64,000 nucleotides of DNA from contig NC_087437.1 in the NCBI RefSeq assembly GCF_036321535.1, positions 50,780,001 through 50,844,000 of the forward strand. Reading direction: 5' to 3'. Numbering within the stretch: position 1 is the stretch's first letter; each line of letters starts with the position of its first letter. Origin of the DNA: Camelus dromedarius. Lineage: Eukaryota. The position numbers were made by a program, and so were the translations under genes. Shown one piece after another: positions 1-10,669 of this stretch. The notes below the pieces were generated by a model. It was not told the DNA's origin. It ran no database searches and was given only the letters and a program-made list of their open reading frames with translations.

Positions 1-150
1 GAACAACCTCCTGACGTGCTTGTTAAAAAATAATCTGGTCTTTACCCTGAAACATTCTGATTCATTGGGACTGGGATAAAGCCCAGATATCTGTACTTTA
101 AACAAGCTCATGAAAAGATTCTGATGGCAGTCAGGCTTTTGGATCCCTGC
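1..150. mobile_element. Degraded hAT-Charlie MITE, MER5-like
   Basis: gcttgttaaaaa...ttctgattca...aaacaagctc...gattctgatg motifs typical of MER5A/B. Confidence 0.5.
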
Positions 151-953
151 ACTACAACATCTTTTACACATGTAGGGGATCGATGTAATTCTTGGACAAA
201 TTAGGCTCAAGCATTAGATGACTCAAGTATCGTCTATGAACCCTGGGAAACCAGAATTCTCTAGAGGCCAGACCTATGGAATAGTCATGGGCACTGTCAG
301 GACATCAACCATCATTGTAGTTATGCCCCAGATAAATACCATAACCAAAACTAAACCACAGGGACAAAACAATCCATGCACAAAGAGAAGGGAGTCTTCC
401 TTTCCCTCATCTTTGAAATGCAAGCTCCTAAACAGAAGACCCTTGCATTTTGTTATGTCATGACGGAACCAATGACCTGAGACACTATTTGTGTATTTGG
501 ATGAGGCTTCAAAGCGATCTGAGAGACACTCTGTAGGTGTCCATGTCCATATGTGTGAGTGCTTCTGTAAGTAGGCAGAACTGAGGTTTCAAATGTCCCT
601 CTTCCATCCTAGCCTCTACATGACCACCCTACCCTATCCTATCTCCTTCAGCCAGTGCAAACTGCTCCAGGGAGCCATGCTTTTGTGGATAGGCTGGTGT
701 GGCTGGCCCTGAGGTGTCTCTGCCTGATCATGTGGCTGAGTTCCCTGGTCTCAGGTCCCTACAGAGAAAGGATGGATGTACTTGCTGAAAGGCAACAAAT
801 AGGGGTCAAAATCAGACTATAAGATGAAAAAGGAAATCCATCCAAGGTTGCACAATTTAATGCCAAAAGCAAGCACACACCATATCATTTTGTCTGGTTT
901 TGCCAATGTCTTTCTAATATGTGAAAAAATAATTTGAATATGAAAATGAAGAC

Positions 954-1390
954 TGTCTTAAATTGGGTGATGCCCAAAGCAAACCTGAAGATGAGGATTA
1001 CTGAAGAGGTGATCCTAGGAAACACAGTTAGGGAGTAGGGGGATGCTGATGAGACAGTGATGGCTAGAGAGTCAATGTGTCAATGAAGGGGGACTGCTAT
1101 AGGCAACAAGGGCTGGGACCCTTGGAGATACTGTGTGGAACATAGCTCAGAATTGTCCTGCTGAGAGGTGCAGAAGTAGGGGTATTTATCCACCAACTCC
1201 TATACTCAGTAGTTTCAGGTCACTCCTGAAGTGCTGATTTCCCAGCACCCTCTCCCTGCTCCTCTCCAGTGACCAGAGAGGTCAATAAGGTAGAGAGACT
1301 CAGGAAGCCTTTGTCATGCTCAGGAATCTTCCGCAAGTGACCTTTAGGTGGCAGAGGGGCTATGGATGTGACGCAACAGCCTCTGCTACA
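954..1390 (-). mobile_element. ERVL solo LTR, LTR16-like, with intact 5-bp TSD
   Basis: TG...CA ends (tgtctta...tgctaca), AAGAC on both sides (949-953, 1391-1395), LTR16-type internal motifs (gaggtgatcctagga, ggggtatttatccaccaactcc). Confidence 0.75.
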
Positions 1391-1507
1391 AAGACCTTAA
1401 CAAAATTTGGCATACAATAACTGCCATGTCCCCGTGACTTTGATGTGAAATATTGAATAGACAATTTAAATTACCTTTATAGTAATAGCACAAAAATAAA
1501 TATTTAC

Positions 1508-1598
1508 AGCTATTCGTGTCAAGGATGCTTTTATGGAGCTCCACTTGTCCCTTCGTCTGTCGATAACAATGATGAATCCGATGCTGGCAGCCTCCACA
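1508..1598 (-). CDS. MCF2L2: MCF2L2 coding exon 4 (91 nt, phase 2->0): (S)VEAASIGFIIVIDRRRDKWSSIKASLTRIA
   Basis: Acceptor cctttattgcag|, donor GCT|gtaaat, open frame, recognisable Sec14-domain peptide (VIDRRRDKW); not represented in this frame in the ORF track. Confidence 0.95.
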
Positions 1599-2129
1599 CT
1601 GCAATAAAGGGTGGTCAGGGTCAGAGACAGTGAAATACATAGGTTCTGTGTGGCTTCCTAAGCAGAAAGATTCTACTGTCTCCATGTTACTCCAGGCTTG
1701 CAGTGTAAATACCATGCACAGTGTGAGGGGATAACCGGGCCTGACTTCCCTGACAAAGGAACCAGCTTCCTCTCCTCATCTTAGCCAGGCAGCCTCAACA
1801 AAGCAGAAATATTTGGTGTCTCAAACCTTTCCAGGGTTCTGCTTCTGGCTGGCAACTGTAGGAAACACCAGTCAAGCACTACATGTCCCATTGTAAGCAG
1901 GGGACCTCGAGGTTGAGCTCGGCCATCTTTCCACTCCCAAGACTGACATTCAGGGAGCTAGCAACATCCTTCCCTAGGACTCAGTAGTAGAGGTGCTTGG
2001 AAAGGACACACATCAGTGGGAAAAAGCAACTCCCTTCCAGTATCTGACCATAAACCACCAGAAACCATAGGCATGAGAAGATATCACCTTCATTAAGAAC
2101 AACCGAAAAAAGCTGTTTGGGCCCCCCCC

Positions 2130-2192
2130 TTTTTAATTGAAGTATAGTCAGTTTACAATGTTGTGTCAATTTCTGGTGTACAGCATAATGTC
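2130..2192 (-). mobile_element. Extreme 3' tip of a young camelid-type L1
   Basis: ttttaattgaagtatagtcagtttacaatgttgtgtcaatttctggtgtacagc; nearly identical to the tips at 50666-50817 (+) and 52936-53179 (-). Confidence 0.75.
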
Positions 2193-2289
2193 CCTGCTTA
2201 AGTTCCCACTAAATTGTCACAATTTTTGTTTAAACAAAAATCCTCAAAGGGAAAACATTTTTCTTCTCTCTCTTTGGGAGTAACTATGG

Positions 2290-2695
2290 GAGGAAAGAGC
2301 CAGAGCTTTGGCACCTGGTTCAAATCCTAGCACTGCCACTTATTAGCACTGAGACTTGAGGTGACTGCCTAACCTCTCTGACTCTGTCTCCTTATCTATA
2401 AGATGAGAAAAATACCACCAATAGTGAAGTGGTTAAGAGCACAAATTCTGAATTCTAGCCAGACTGTCTAGGTTTGACACATGAATTCTAATATTTATAT
2501 ATTGTGTATTTTGTGGGGGGAAGTTACTTAACTTCTGTAGTTTCCCAGACTCCTCATTTGTATAGTAGGAACAGTAACAGCACCAATCTGTAGGGGTGAT
2601 GTGAAGATTAAATGAGTATATATAGTATAGGGGTATAAAATGTTCAGAATAATGCCTGGCACTTGGTAATATTGTGTAAGCAGTACTATTATGAT
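2290..2695 (+). mobile_element. Two adjacent MIR SINE remnants
   Basis: ggttcaaatcctagcactgccactta; gtggttaagagcac...aagttacttaac...gtgaagattaaatgag...aatgcctggcac. Confidence 0.7.
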
Positions 2696-4340
2696 GATTT
2701 CTTATGTGCTTATCATGAAGATTAAAAGAGATCAAGGTCATGAAAAGTAGCTGGCCTATAGTAAACCTTCAGTAAGTCTCTAATTTTGGATAAAAGGTGA
2801 GCTTTACCCTAAAAAGTGTCTGAATGCAAATAAGGCAGAAGATCTAAGCAAACTCTGCAAGAAAACGTAAGTAGCTGATCTGAAGTAAGCATTACTGGGC
2901 CAACCCATTATCACAGACCAATACTAACCCAGGTTCTCTCATTGGGGACATTTTCCAGGCCCGGTGATAATGCAAGAAAGGGTGGTCTCACTGGTTAGAA
3001 CAGGCAGAGAGCAGAGATTAATCCTGTGGCCAGGAATTGAGCAGAGTGGCTGTCAAGACAGGGAAGCCTCAGAGAGGGAGGCTTCCTCTCTGAGGAGTTT
3101 TCATGGAAATTCCCCTTTAATGCTTAGCCAACTCCTGGGCCTTCTAATTTTAGGTGAGACTCCAGGATGCTGGCAGCGAACAGCAACTGCACATGTCAGA
3201 ACTGATGAGAAGTTATGAAGCTTGCATAGTTCTGGGGAGAGACAACTGGTGTTTGGGTCCAGCCAGAATAGACAGACTTTGATGAACTCCCTGGGCATTC
3301 AGGTGAAACTCTAAAAAGGCCATCTTCTAGGATAAATGAAATGCCATATGAGTTTCTATAGAATTAAGGTTACATTCTAGGAGTAAGGACAAAACAGAAA
3401 CAAACTTGCCCTAAGGAAAACTAAAATCAGCCTCCAAAAGATCAAGGAGATCCACCAGTATTTTAACTGCCTATCAGATTAAAACTCAAAACTTTCAGTA
3501 AGTAGATAAGTCTCCACAACATACCATCTATAATATCCAGCATAAAATTAAAAATTAATAAAAATGCAAAAAAGCAGGAAAAAATAATAATTAATAGATA
3601 AGATAGTCAATAGATACAGACTCAAAGATGATCCTGGTTTTGGCAGACAAAAACTTCAAAATAACTATGATCAACATGTTAAATAAAACAGAGAAAAGAG
3701 TAGACAAAATGGATTAAAAGAATGTTTTTGAATCTTTTTGAATATAATGTTATTTTAACAGAGAATTAGAATCCATAGTAAATGAACCCTCTAGAATTAC
3801 AAAACACCAATATCTGAAACTAGGAAGTCACTGAATTTGTTTAATAGCCAGTTGAACACAGCAGAAGACAGGATAAGTAGAATTGAAAACAGATCAATTA
3901 AAAACGGAAGCACGGGGAAAATGGAAAGAACAGAATGTAAAGGAGATGTGGGAGATGAACAGAAGTCTCAGAAGGAGAGGAGAGAGTATGTTACAGAAAC
4001 AATACTTTAAATAATAATGAAGAATTTTCCATATCTGATCAAAGACATCAACTCACAAATTCAAGCAGCTCTTTCAATACTAAGCAGGATAAATATAAAC
4101 TCACTTAGGCATATCAAAGCCAAATGGCTGAAAATTAAAGATAAGGAGAAAATATTAAAAGCAACCAGTTAAAAAAAGACACATTACCATCAGAAGAATA
4201 ACATTAAAAATAATCACTGACTTTTCAATAGGAAATATGGAAGCTACAATCCAATGAAATATCTTCAGAGTAGTGACCTGAAAAGACTACTCATTTATAA
4301 TTCTATACCCATTGAAAATATATTTTTAAAAATGAAGGTA

Positions 4341-4450
4341 GTGGGAAGAGAAACAGCTAAGTGGTAGATCCCGTACTTAGCATGCATGAGTTCCTAGGTT
4401 CAATCCCCAGGACCTCCATAAAAATTGATTAATTAATTACTTAAATAAAA
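4341..4450 (+). mobile_element. Camelid tRNA-derived SINE (vic-1 type), older copy
   Basis: A-box agctaagtgg, B-box ggttcaatcc, AT-rich tail, TSD TAAAAATGAAGGT (4327-4339 / 4451-4463). Confidence 0.85.
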
Positions 4451-4982
4451 TAAAAATGAAGGTGAAATAAGGACATTTCCAGACAACTAGAGCTGAGGGA
4501 ATTTATTGCCAGTAAACATATACTCCAAGAAATATTAAAGGATGTTTTCCAGACTGAATGAAGTTGAAAGCATGAAGGTGCAAGGAAAATAAACAGCCTG
4601 AAAATGAGTTTTAGGAAGACTTTCATTTTTTTATCAAAAAAAAAAATCCTGCTTAAATTTAAAACTTGTATTTGTTCTTAAAAACATTAGAGAACCTGAA
4701 GACAAAGACAGGTAAGTGAACAAATTCCAGAGAAAGTCAAGACCGGTATCCACACTGAGCAAATACTGGAGAACATAAGAAGTGGTGGTCACCTATTCTA
4801 ATAATAGGTAAATAAATATTCCTAAAAGTAAAAATCCCATATGGCAACCTGAAGCTACAAGAAGGAATGAAGGGCACTGTAAACATTAAATATGTGGATA
4901 AATATTATCAACTGTGTTTTCTATTTCACTAAAAGACCACTGACTATTCAAAGCAAAAATAATAATAAAGTATTAAACATTT

Positions 4983-4998
4983 TATATTATATATATAC

Positions 4999-5031
<33 letters not shown>
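4983..5031. repeat. Imperfect (TA)n microsatellite
   Basis: Directly visible. Confidence 0.95.
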
Positions 5032-5132
5032 CAAGGATACACACTTTAACACCAGAGAAACCATTGCTTAAAATCTAATAGAGGAGATAAAGTGGAATAC
5101 TGAAAATATGTGAATAATTCAAAAACGGCAGG

Positions 5133-5487
5133 TACTAAAGACTGTATTGCATCCCCCCAAAATTCTTATATTGAAGCTCTATCAGTGTGACTGCAAATGG
5201 GGAAAGGGTCTGCAATCACCTCTGCAACAAGGTGATAAAGGTTAAATAAGGTCCTAAGGGTAGGGCTGTTGCCCTTATAAGAAGAGGAAGAGACACCAGA
5301 ACTCTCTCTGCCATGTGAGAACATAGCATGAATACAGTCATCTGCAGTCAGGAAGAAAGCCTTCACCAGAAACAGAATCAGCTGGAATCTTGATCTAAGG
5401 CTTCTAGCCTCTAGGACCATGAGAAAATAAATTTCTGCTGCTTAAGTGGATGGTATTTTGTTATGGCAGTCAGAGCTGACTAATATG
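5133..5487 (+). mobile_element. MaLR LTR, MLT1A/B-like
   Basis: cttataagaagagg, ccatgtgaga, ccttcaccagaa, aaataaatttctg, ggtattttgttatggcag motifs; GCAGG TSD (5128-5132 / 5488-5492). Confidence 0.8.
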
Positions 5488-5695
5488 GCAGGAAAGGAGA
5501 AGTAAGGAAAAAGTTACAGATGGTACAAACAGCAAGATGGTAAATTTAAATCCAACCAATCTCAATAATCACATTAAGTGGAAATGGTCTATATGACTCC
5601 ATTTAAAAGGCAAATAGTGTCAGAGTGAAAATACTAATTATAAGAGATAGTGACTACACTTTAAACATAAAGGCAGAGATAGATTAAAAGCATGG

Positions 5696-5821
5696 CCATG
5701 CACGTAAGTACAGACACCAAGCTCACATTAATATTCCTTTAAGAGGTAGTCTTTTATAATATTCATAAAATGACCTATTTGAAGAATAAAGGGCTTTTGC
5801 TTTGGGGGTTAAAAAAAGAAG
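5696..5821 (+). other. Short non-L1 poly(A)-tailed insertion inside the L1 (orphan 3'-end retrocopy)
   Basis: AATAAA at 5785-5790, A-rich tail from 5811, flanking aagcatgg/aagaatgg repeats; the L1 sequence resumes afterwards. Confidence 0.5.
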
Positions 5822-6320
5822 AAGAATGGTAAAAGATGTACCATGAAATCACTAATCATAATAAAGCCAGTGTGGCTATATTAATATTAGAAAAAGTAGG
5901 GTCAAATACAAGGAGTATTAGCAGAGATAAATGATTCATAAAAATAAGAGTCAGATTATCAGGTAGATATAACAATCTTAAATGTGTATGTATGCAATAA
6001 CATTGATTCAAAATATATTAATAAAAACTGACAGAACTAAAAGAAAAATAGATAAAACCACAATCAAAGTTAAAGATTTTAACACTTCTCTCTTAATAAC
6101 TGATAGAACAAACAGCCAAAAAATCAGCAAGGATATAGACTTGACTTTGAAGAACTCAGCAGCCAAGAATTACACAACACACATTCTTTTCAAATGTGCA
6201 TGGGACATTCATCAAAATATTCCATTATCCTAGGCTTTAAAGCAAATTTCAACAAATTTTAAAGAACTCAATCATACAGGGTATATTTTTGATCACCGTG
6301 GAATTAAATTGGAACTCTAT

Positions 6321-6672
6321 TATTCTTCTGGTTTCTCTTTCATCTTCCTTCGTTCTTCCCTCTCATTCTTTCTTCCCTTCTTTCTTTTTTCTTTACAATT
6401 CCCTTCCTTCTCCTTCTTTTGGGTTTAATTGCCATTGTCTTTTTTTTTTACTTCTTAAGGCGTAAGATTAGATCATTGATTTTAAACCTTCCCTCTTGTC
6501 CATTATAAGTGTTTAAAGCTATCATTCCCTCCTAAACACTGCTTTAGCTACATCACATAAATGTTAATATATTGTTTTCATTATTGTGCAGCTAAAAATA
6601 TTTTCTAACTCCCTTTATGATTTCTTTTTTAGTCTATGGATTATTTAGAGGTGATTGCTTAGCTTCCAAATT
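6321..6672 (-). mobile_element. Inverted L1 ORF2 segment (region just after the EN domain)
   Basis: Reverse complement reads aatttggaagctaagcaatcacctctaaataatccatagactaaaaaagaaatc, the L1 WKLNN..NNPW..EEI region. Confidence 0.65.
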
Positions 6673-6689
6673 GAAAAAAAAAAATTCTA

Positions 6690-6910
6690 ATCACTGGTGA
6701 TAAAAGTCAGAATAGTAGTTTCCTGGGGCAGGATGGAGGGCATAGGAATGCAGATATTGGTAGAAAAGAAGCAGGAGGAAACCTTCAGAGAAACATTCTA
6801 TACCCTGGTCCTGGGTGGTTGTTACATGGAATATAAACTGGTGAATATTCATCAAGCTATACAGTTGTGATTTATATACTTTATGTAAACTGTAACTCAG
6901 TTTAAAAAAA
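6690..6910 (+). mobile_element. L1ME-type 3' end
   Basis: aaaagtcagaatagtagtt...ctgggtggttgttacatgg...attcatcaagctatac...A-rich end. Confidence 0.6.
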
Positions 6911-7109
6911 ACCCAAGGAATTAAATAAATTCAAGTAGTGAAAAAGGAAAAATATTATGCAATTCAAAAACAAAAATTCATACTTATCGAGTGCTCAGTA
7001 GGCATCAGGCACTGATTGAAGAGGCTACAACAATGACCAAAACAAATTCCGTAGTACAGCAAAAACAAACCGACATTAATAACAACATAAATATAAATCA
7101 TTATATTTT

Positions 7110-7325
7110 AGTCAATAATAGCTACTATATCTTGAGTTCCTATCATTTGTCAGGCATATTTACTTTTTATCTCATTTAATCTTGTGAAATAGATATTATC
7201 TCCACTTTACAGATGAGGAAACAAAGGCTGATAAAAATAACATAAGTTGCCTGATGTCACACTAGCACAACCAGATTTCAAACTCAGAGCTCTCTGATAC
7301 CAATACTCATACTCTTAGCCCCATC
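7110..7325 (-). mobile_element. MIR remnant
   Basis: MIR core tttacagatgaggaaacaaaggct. Confidence 0.65.
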
Positions 7326-7999
7326 TCATGGCTCCTCTTCAATTTTTTTTCTCACAGCAGATCCGTTTGTACCTTGTGGCAGTTTTATTTCATATATTTT
7401 GCTGTTACTTGTATTTTCTATTTCTTTTCTTTTTTCTTTAAAACAAACAATTATTAAAGAATGCTTGGAGGGAATATCCAGGGCTCTTAAGGAAGGTGGA
7501 GCTGGGAGAGGCTCAGCAAATATAACACAGTACAAAAATACAGGATGTCCTTTGATCTATGAGGAAAGCAGCTGCCAGCATATGTGGCTTCCCCAGCTAG
7601 ACTGAGGGCAAATGCTACTCACTCAGCCCCCTGCAGACCAAAGCCCAAGACCAGAGCATCTGGGTAAACAGGGTAGGATCTGCTGGGAATATGCCTGTGT
7701 ATGTAAAGGACTGTGTCTCTTCACACAACTGTGTACAGGCCACAGTTCAGAAAGAAGAGTTAATGAATCATGACAATGATTTTGAATATAGTCCCTCCCA
7801 TAGGGTATCACTCAATAGTATCAAATATGGTAGATTTGTGTTTTTTCCCTACCCTATCTGGTTTAACAAAATGTTCAAAACCTCAACTAAACCAAATGCA
7901 TAGGAAATGGGGATTCTGCACAATGTATTTCTTTAGTAACCTTGGCTGTTTTAATCCTTACCGTTCTTCTTAGCACTAAGGTCTAATGATGCGTTAGCT

Positions 8000-8195
8000 G
8001 CATAAATACTATTTCACATAATCCTTGCAACCATCCTCACAACCAGGTTGGTGATAATATTTCCTCTTTATAGATGAGGAAACTAATCCTCAGAGATGAT
8101 TAAAAAATAATAATAACTTGACCAAAGTCACCCTCTATGTGCAGAGTTAAGATTCAAAGTCTTCTGACTTTGAGATCAATGTTCATGCCACAAAA
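8000..8195 (-). mobile_element. MIR remnant
   Basis: tttatagatgaggaaactaatcctcagagatg...aacttgaccaaagtcac. Confidence 0.6.
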
Positions 8196-8889
8196 TTCAT
8201 TCTCTTTTGGTATGGAATATATCTTAACACCATATTCCTTCATTTTCCAATCTTATTAGCTCCCTTGTAACACACATAATTGAATTTTTGATGAGTCAAA
8301 CCTGACATCTTGAATATGACTAAATATAAATATATATGTGTAAGAGACTGAAGTAAATGTGTTCTGATCCCAAAATACCAGAGTAGTTTTGTGGTTGATA
8401 TGGTATTTTTTTTAAATAAGCTCTAATATTAATACATTTTCTGTGATTTGCCTTTTTCAGTAAACTAGGTATATAAAATATTTTGGTTAACTGAAATATT
8501 ACTGCACTGCCATAAGAACTGAGTCAAATGTAGAACAACCAACCATCCTGGCTTGTCCAAAACGCTCTCCCCAGTGTGGGTGGGCATCATCCAATCCACC
8601 AAGGGTCTGAATAGAACAAAAATGTGGAGGAAAAGGGAATTTATACTCTCTCTCTGTCTGACTGCTGAGCTGGGACACTGGTCTTCTGCCCTCAGTGCTC
8701 CTGGCTCTCAGGCCTTCAGACTCCAGCAAGAATCTACAACATGGGCTATCTGGCTTTGAGGGCTTCAAACTACACCACCAGCCTTCCTGGGTCTCCAGGC
8801 TGCAGAGGGCAGACTGTGAGATTTCTCAGCCTCTGTAATTGCATGAGCAAATACCTTATCATAAATCTCTTTATCTATATCTACATCTA

Positions 8890-9496
8890 TATATCAGAGT
8901 TCTCCAGAGAAACAGAACCAATCAGATATAGATATATATATAAAGATATTTATTATAATAAATAATCAACAAGCTGAAGAACCAGGAAGGCTAGTGGTGT
9001 AATTCAATCCAAGTCCAAGGCCAGAGAATGGAGGTACTGATGACTTAAGTCCTGATCTGGGTCTGAAAGCCCCAAAACCAGGAGCACTGATGTCCAGGGA
9101 CAAGAGAAGATGGATGTCCCAGATGAAGCAGAGGGAGAGAGAGTTCACCCTTCCTCTGCCTCTTTGTTGTATTCAGGCACTCAACTTTAGATCAGATGAA
9201 TGCCTATTCACACTGGGGAGGTCAATCTGCTTTACTCAGTTCATGAATTCAAAAGTTAATCTCCTCAAGGGGAGGGTATAGCTCAGTGGTAGAGTGCATG
9301 CCTAGCATGCACAAGGTCCTGGGTTCAATCCCCAGTACCTCCACTAAAATAAATAAATAAATAACACCCCCCCCTAAATTAATCTCTTCCAGAAATGCCC
9401 TCATAGACACATTTAAAAATAATAGTTAATAATAATTTTACCAGCTATCTGGGCATCCCTTAGCCCAGTCAAGTTGACACATAAAATTAACCATTA
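8890..9496 (-). mobile_element. ERVL LTR MLT2-type (inner copy, opposite orientation)
   Basis: cagagttctccagagaaacagaacca ... cccagtcaagttgacacataaaattaaccat, the reverse-strand MLT2 termini. Confidence 0.85.
9269..9375 (+). mobile_element. Camelid tRNA-derived SINE (vic-1 type)
   Basis: ggggagggtatagctcagtggtagagtgcatgcctagcatgcacaaggtcctgggttcaatccccagtacctcc plus (TAAA)n tail; TSD about aagttaatctcctc / aaattaatctcttc. Confidence 0.92.
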
Positions 9497-10041
9497 TATA
9501 TATATACACATACATATATTCTTTTGGTTCTGTTTGTCTGGAGAACTCTGATTAACACATAAGGACAGTCAAGAAAAGAGGGGATTGAGATAAACCATTC
9601 CCAGAAAAGAGAAGTGCACCCTAAGTGGAAAGATACTAAAAAGACAGTCCTGGTACATCAGGGTACTGACTAGAGAAAGACTTAAAGAGGCAGTCTTGGG
9701 AAGGCAAAGCTTCTAGGAGAGAAAAGGAAATGAAAGGAGAGTTGGTGACTGTGTAGTAAAGGCAAAAATAAGCAAGAGGAAAATTTAGCATCCTACAAGA
9801 CAAAAAAATAAAAATCAAGGATACAAACCCCTTCCCTTAATCTCCAAAAAATGTTTTAAGTCCATTGATGAAAGAAACTACACTTAGCTATATCAACAAA
9901 AGATGGCATTCTTGAACTAAGAATCTTGTAAACCACCCCAAACCATCAAACCTGTTCACTAATTGCAAAGATATTATACAAAGCTACTATAAAGGGGAAA
10001 AAATGAGAATCAAAACTTTATAGCTTCAAGAGGATGCAGAG

Positions 10042-10518
10042 ACAGAGATTCCTCAAAAAACTAAAAAAAGACTTACCATATGACCCAGCAATTCCACTCC
10101 TGGGCGTATATCCAGAGGAAAATATAATTCAAAAAGACACATGTAACCCAATGTTCAGAGCAGCACTATTTATAATAGCCAAGACATGGAAACAACCAAA
10201 ATATCCATCAACAGATAACTGGATAAAGAAGATGTGGTATATTTATACATGGCATACTACTCAGCCATAAAAAGGACTAAAATAATGCCATTTGCAGCAA
10301 TATGGATGGACCTGGAGATCATCATTCTAAGTGAAGTAAGCCAGAAAGAGAAAGAAAAATGTCATGTGATTTTGCTTATTTATGGAGTTTTTAAAAAAGG
10401 ATAGAAATGAACTTATTTACAAAACAGAAGCAGACTCACAGACACAGAGAACAAACTTACGGTTACCAGGAGGTAAAGGGAAAGAGAAGGGATAAATTGG
10501 GAATTTGAAATTTGCACC
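10042..10518 (+). mobile_element. Relatively young L1 ORF2 C-terminus plus 3'UTR, lacking its terminal tail
   Basis: ORF 10034-10270 LPYDPAIPLLGVYP..CNPMF.AALF.IAKTWKQPK.PS.DNWIKKMWYIYT is canonical L1 ORF2 C-terminus. Confidence 0.92.
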
Positions 10519-10519
10519 T

Positions 10520-10665
10520 CTTGGGGAGTGATAGAAATGTTAGCTATCTTGACTGTGGTGGTGGTTTCATTGGTATATACATCTATCAAAATCAATCAGA
10601 TTGTACATCTGAAATATGTGTAGTTTACTGTACAAGAATAATACCATAATAAAAGTGTTAAAAGA
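10520..10665 (+). mobile_element. L1ME/MC-type 3' end
   Basis: gtgatagaaatgtt..tatcttgactgtggtggtggtttca...aataaaagtgttaaaa. Confidence 0.6.
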
Positions 10666-10669
10666 AAAA

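Larger units (their letters stand above)
3060..6320 (+). mobile_element. Ancient L1 (L1M-type) 5'UTR/ORF1/ORF2-endonuclease remnant with nested insertions
   Basis: A-rich L1-like sequence; degraded EN-domain peptide in ORF 5982-6233 (KDFNTSL..DRT..QKISKD) ending at ggaattaaattggaa. Confidence 0.7.
8555..9559 (+). mobile_element. ERVL LTR MLT2-type (outer copy, split by a second MLT2)
   Basis: gtgggtgggcatcatccaatcc...gaatagaacaaaa...ctcaggccttcagactc...ataaatctct, TA tract, resumes at ~9497 ending ggttctgtttgtctggagaactctgattaacaca. Confidence 0.8.

Noticed and set aside
1386..1715. 109-aa minus-strand ORF
   Set aside because: Wrong-frame read-through across MCF2L2 exon 4 and flanking introns
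9269..9342. tRNA-like sequences with A/B boxes (also 4341, 30860, 47350, 49173) as tRNA genes
   Set aside because: They have A-rich tails, mostly with TSDs, and a long gtgcatgc-tta-gcatgcac hairpin instead of an anticodon arm; these are tRNA-derived SINEs
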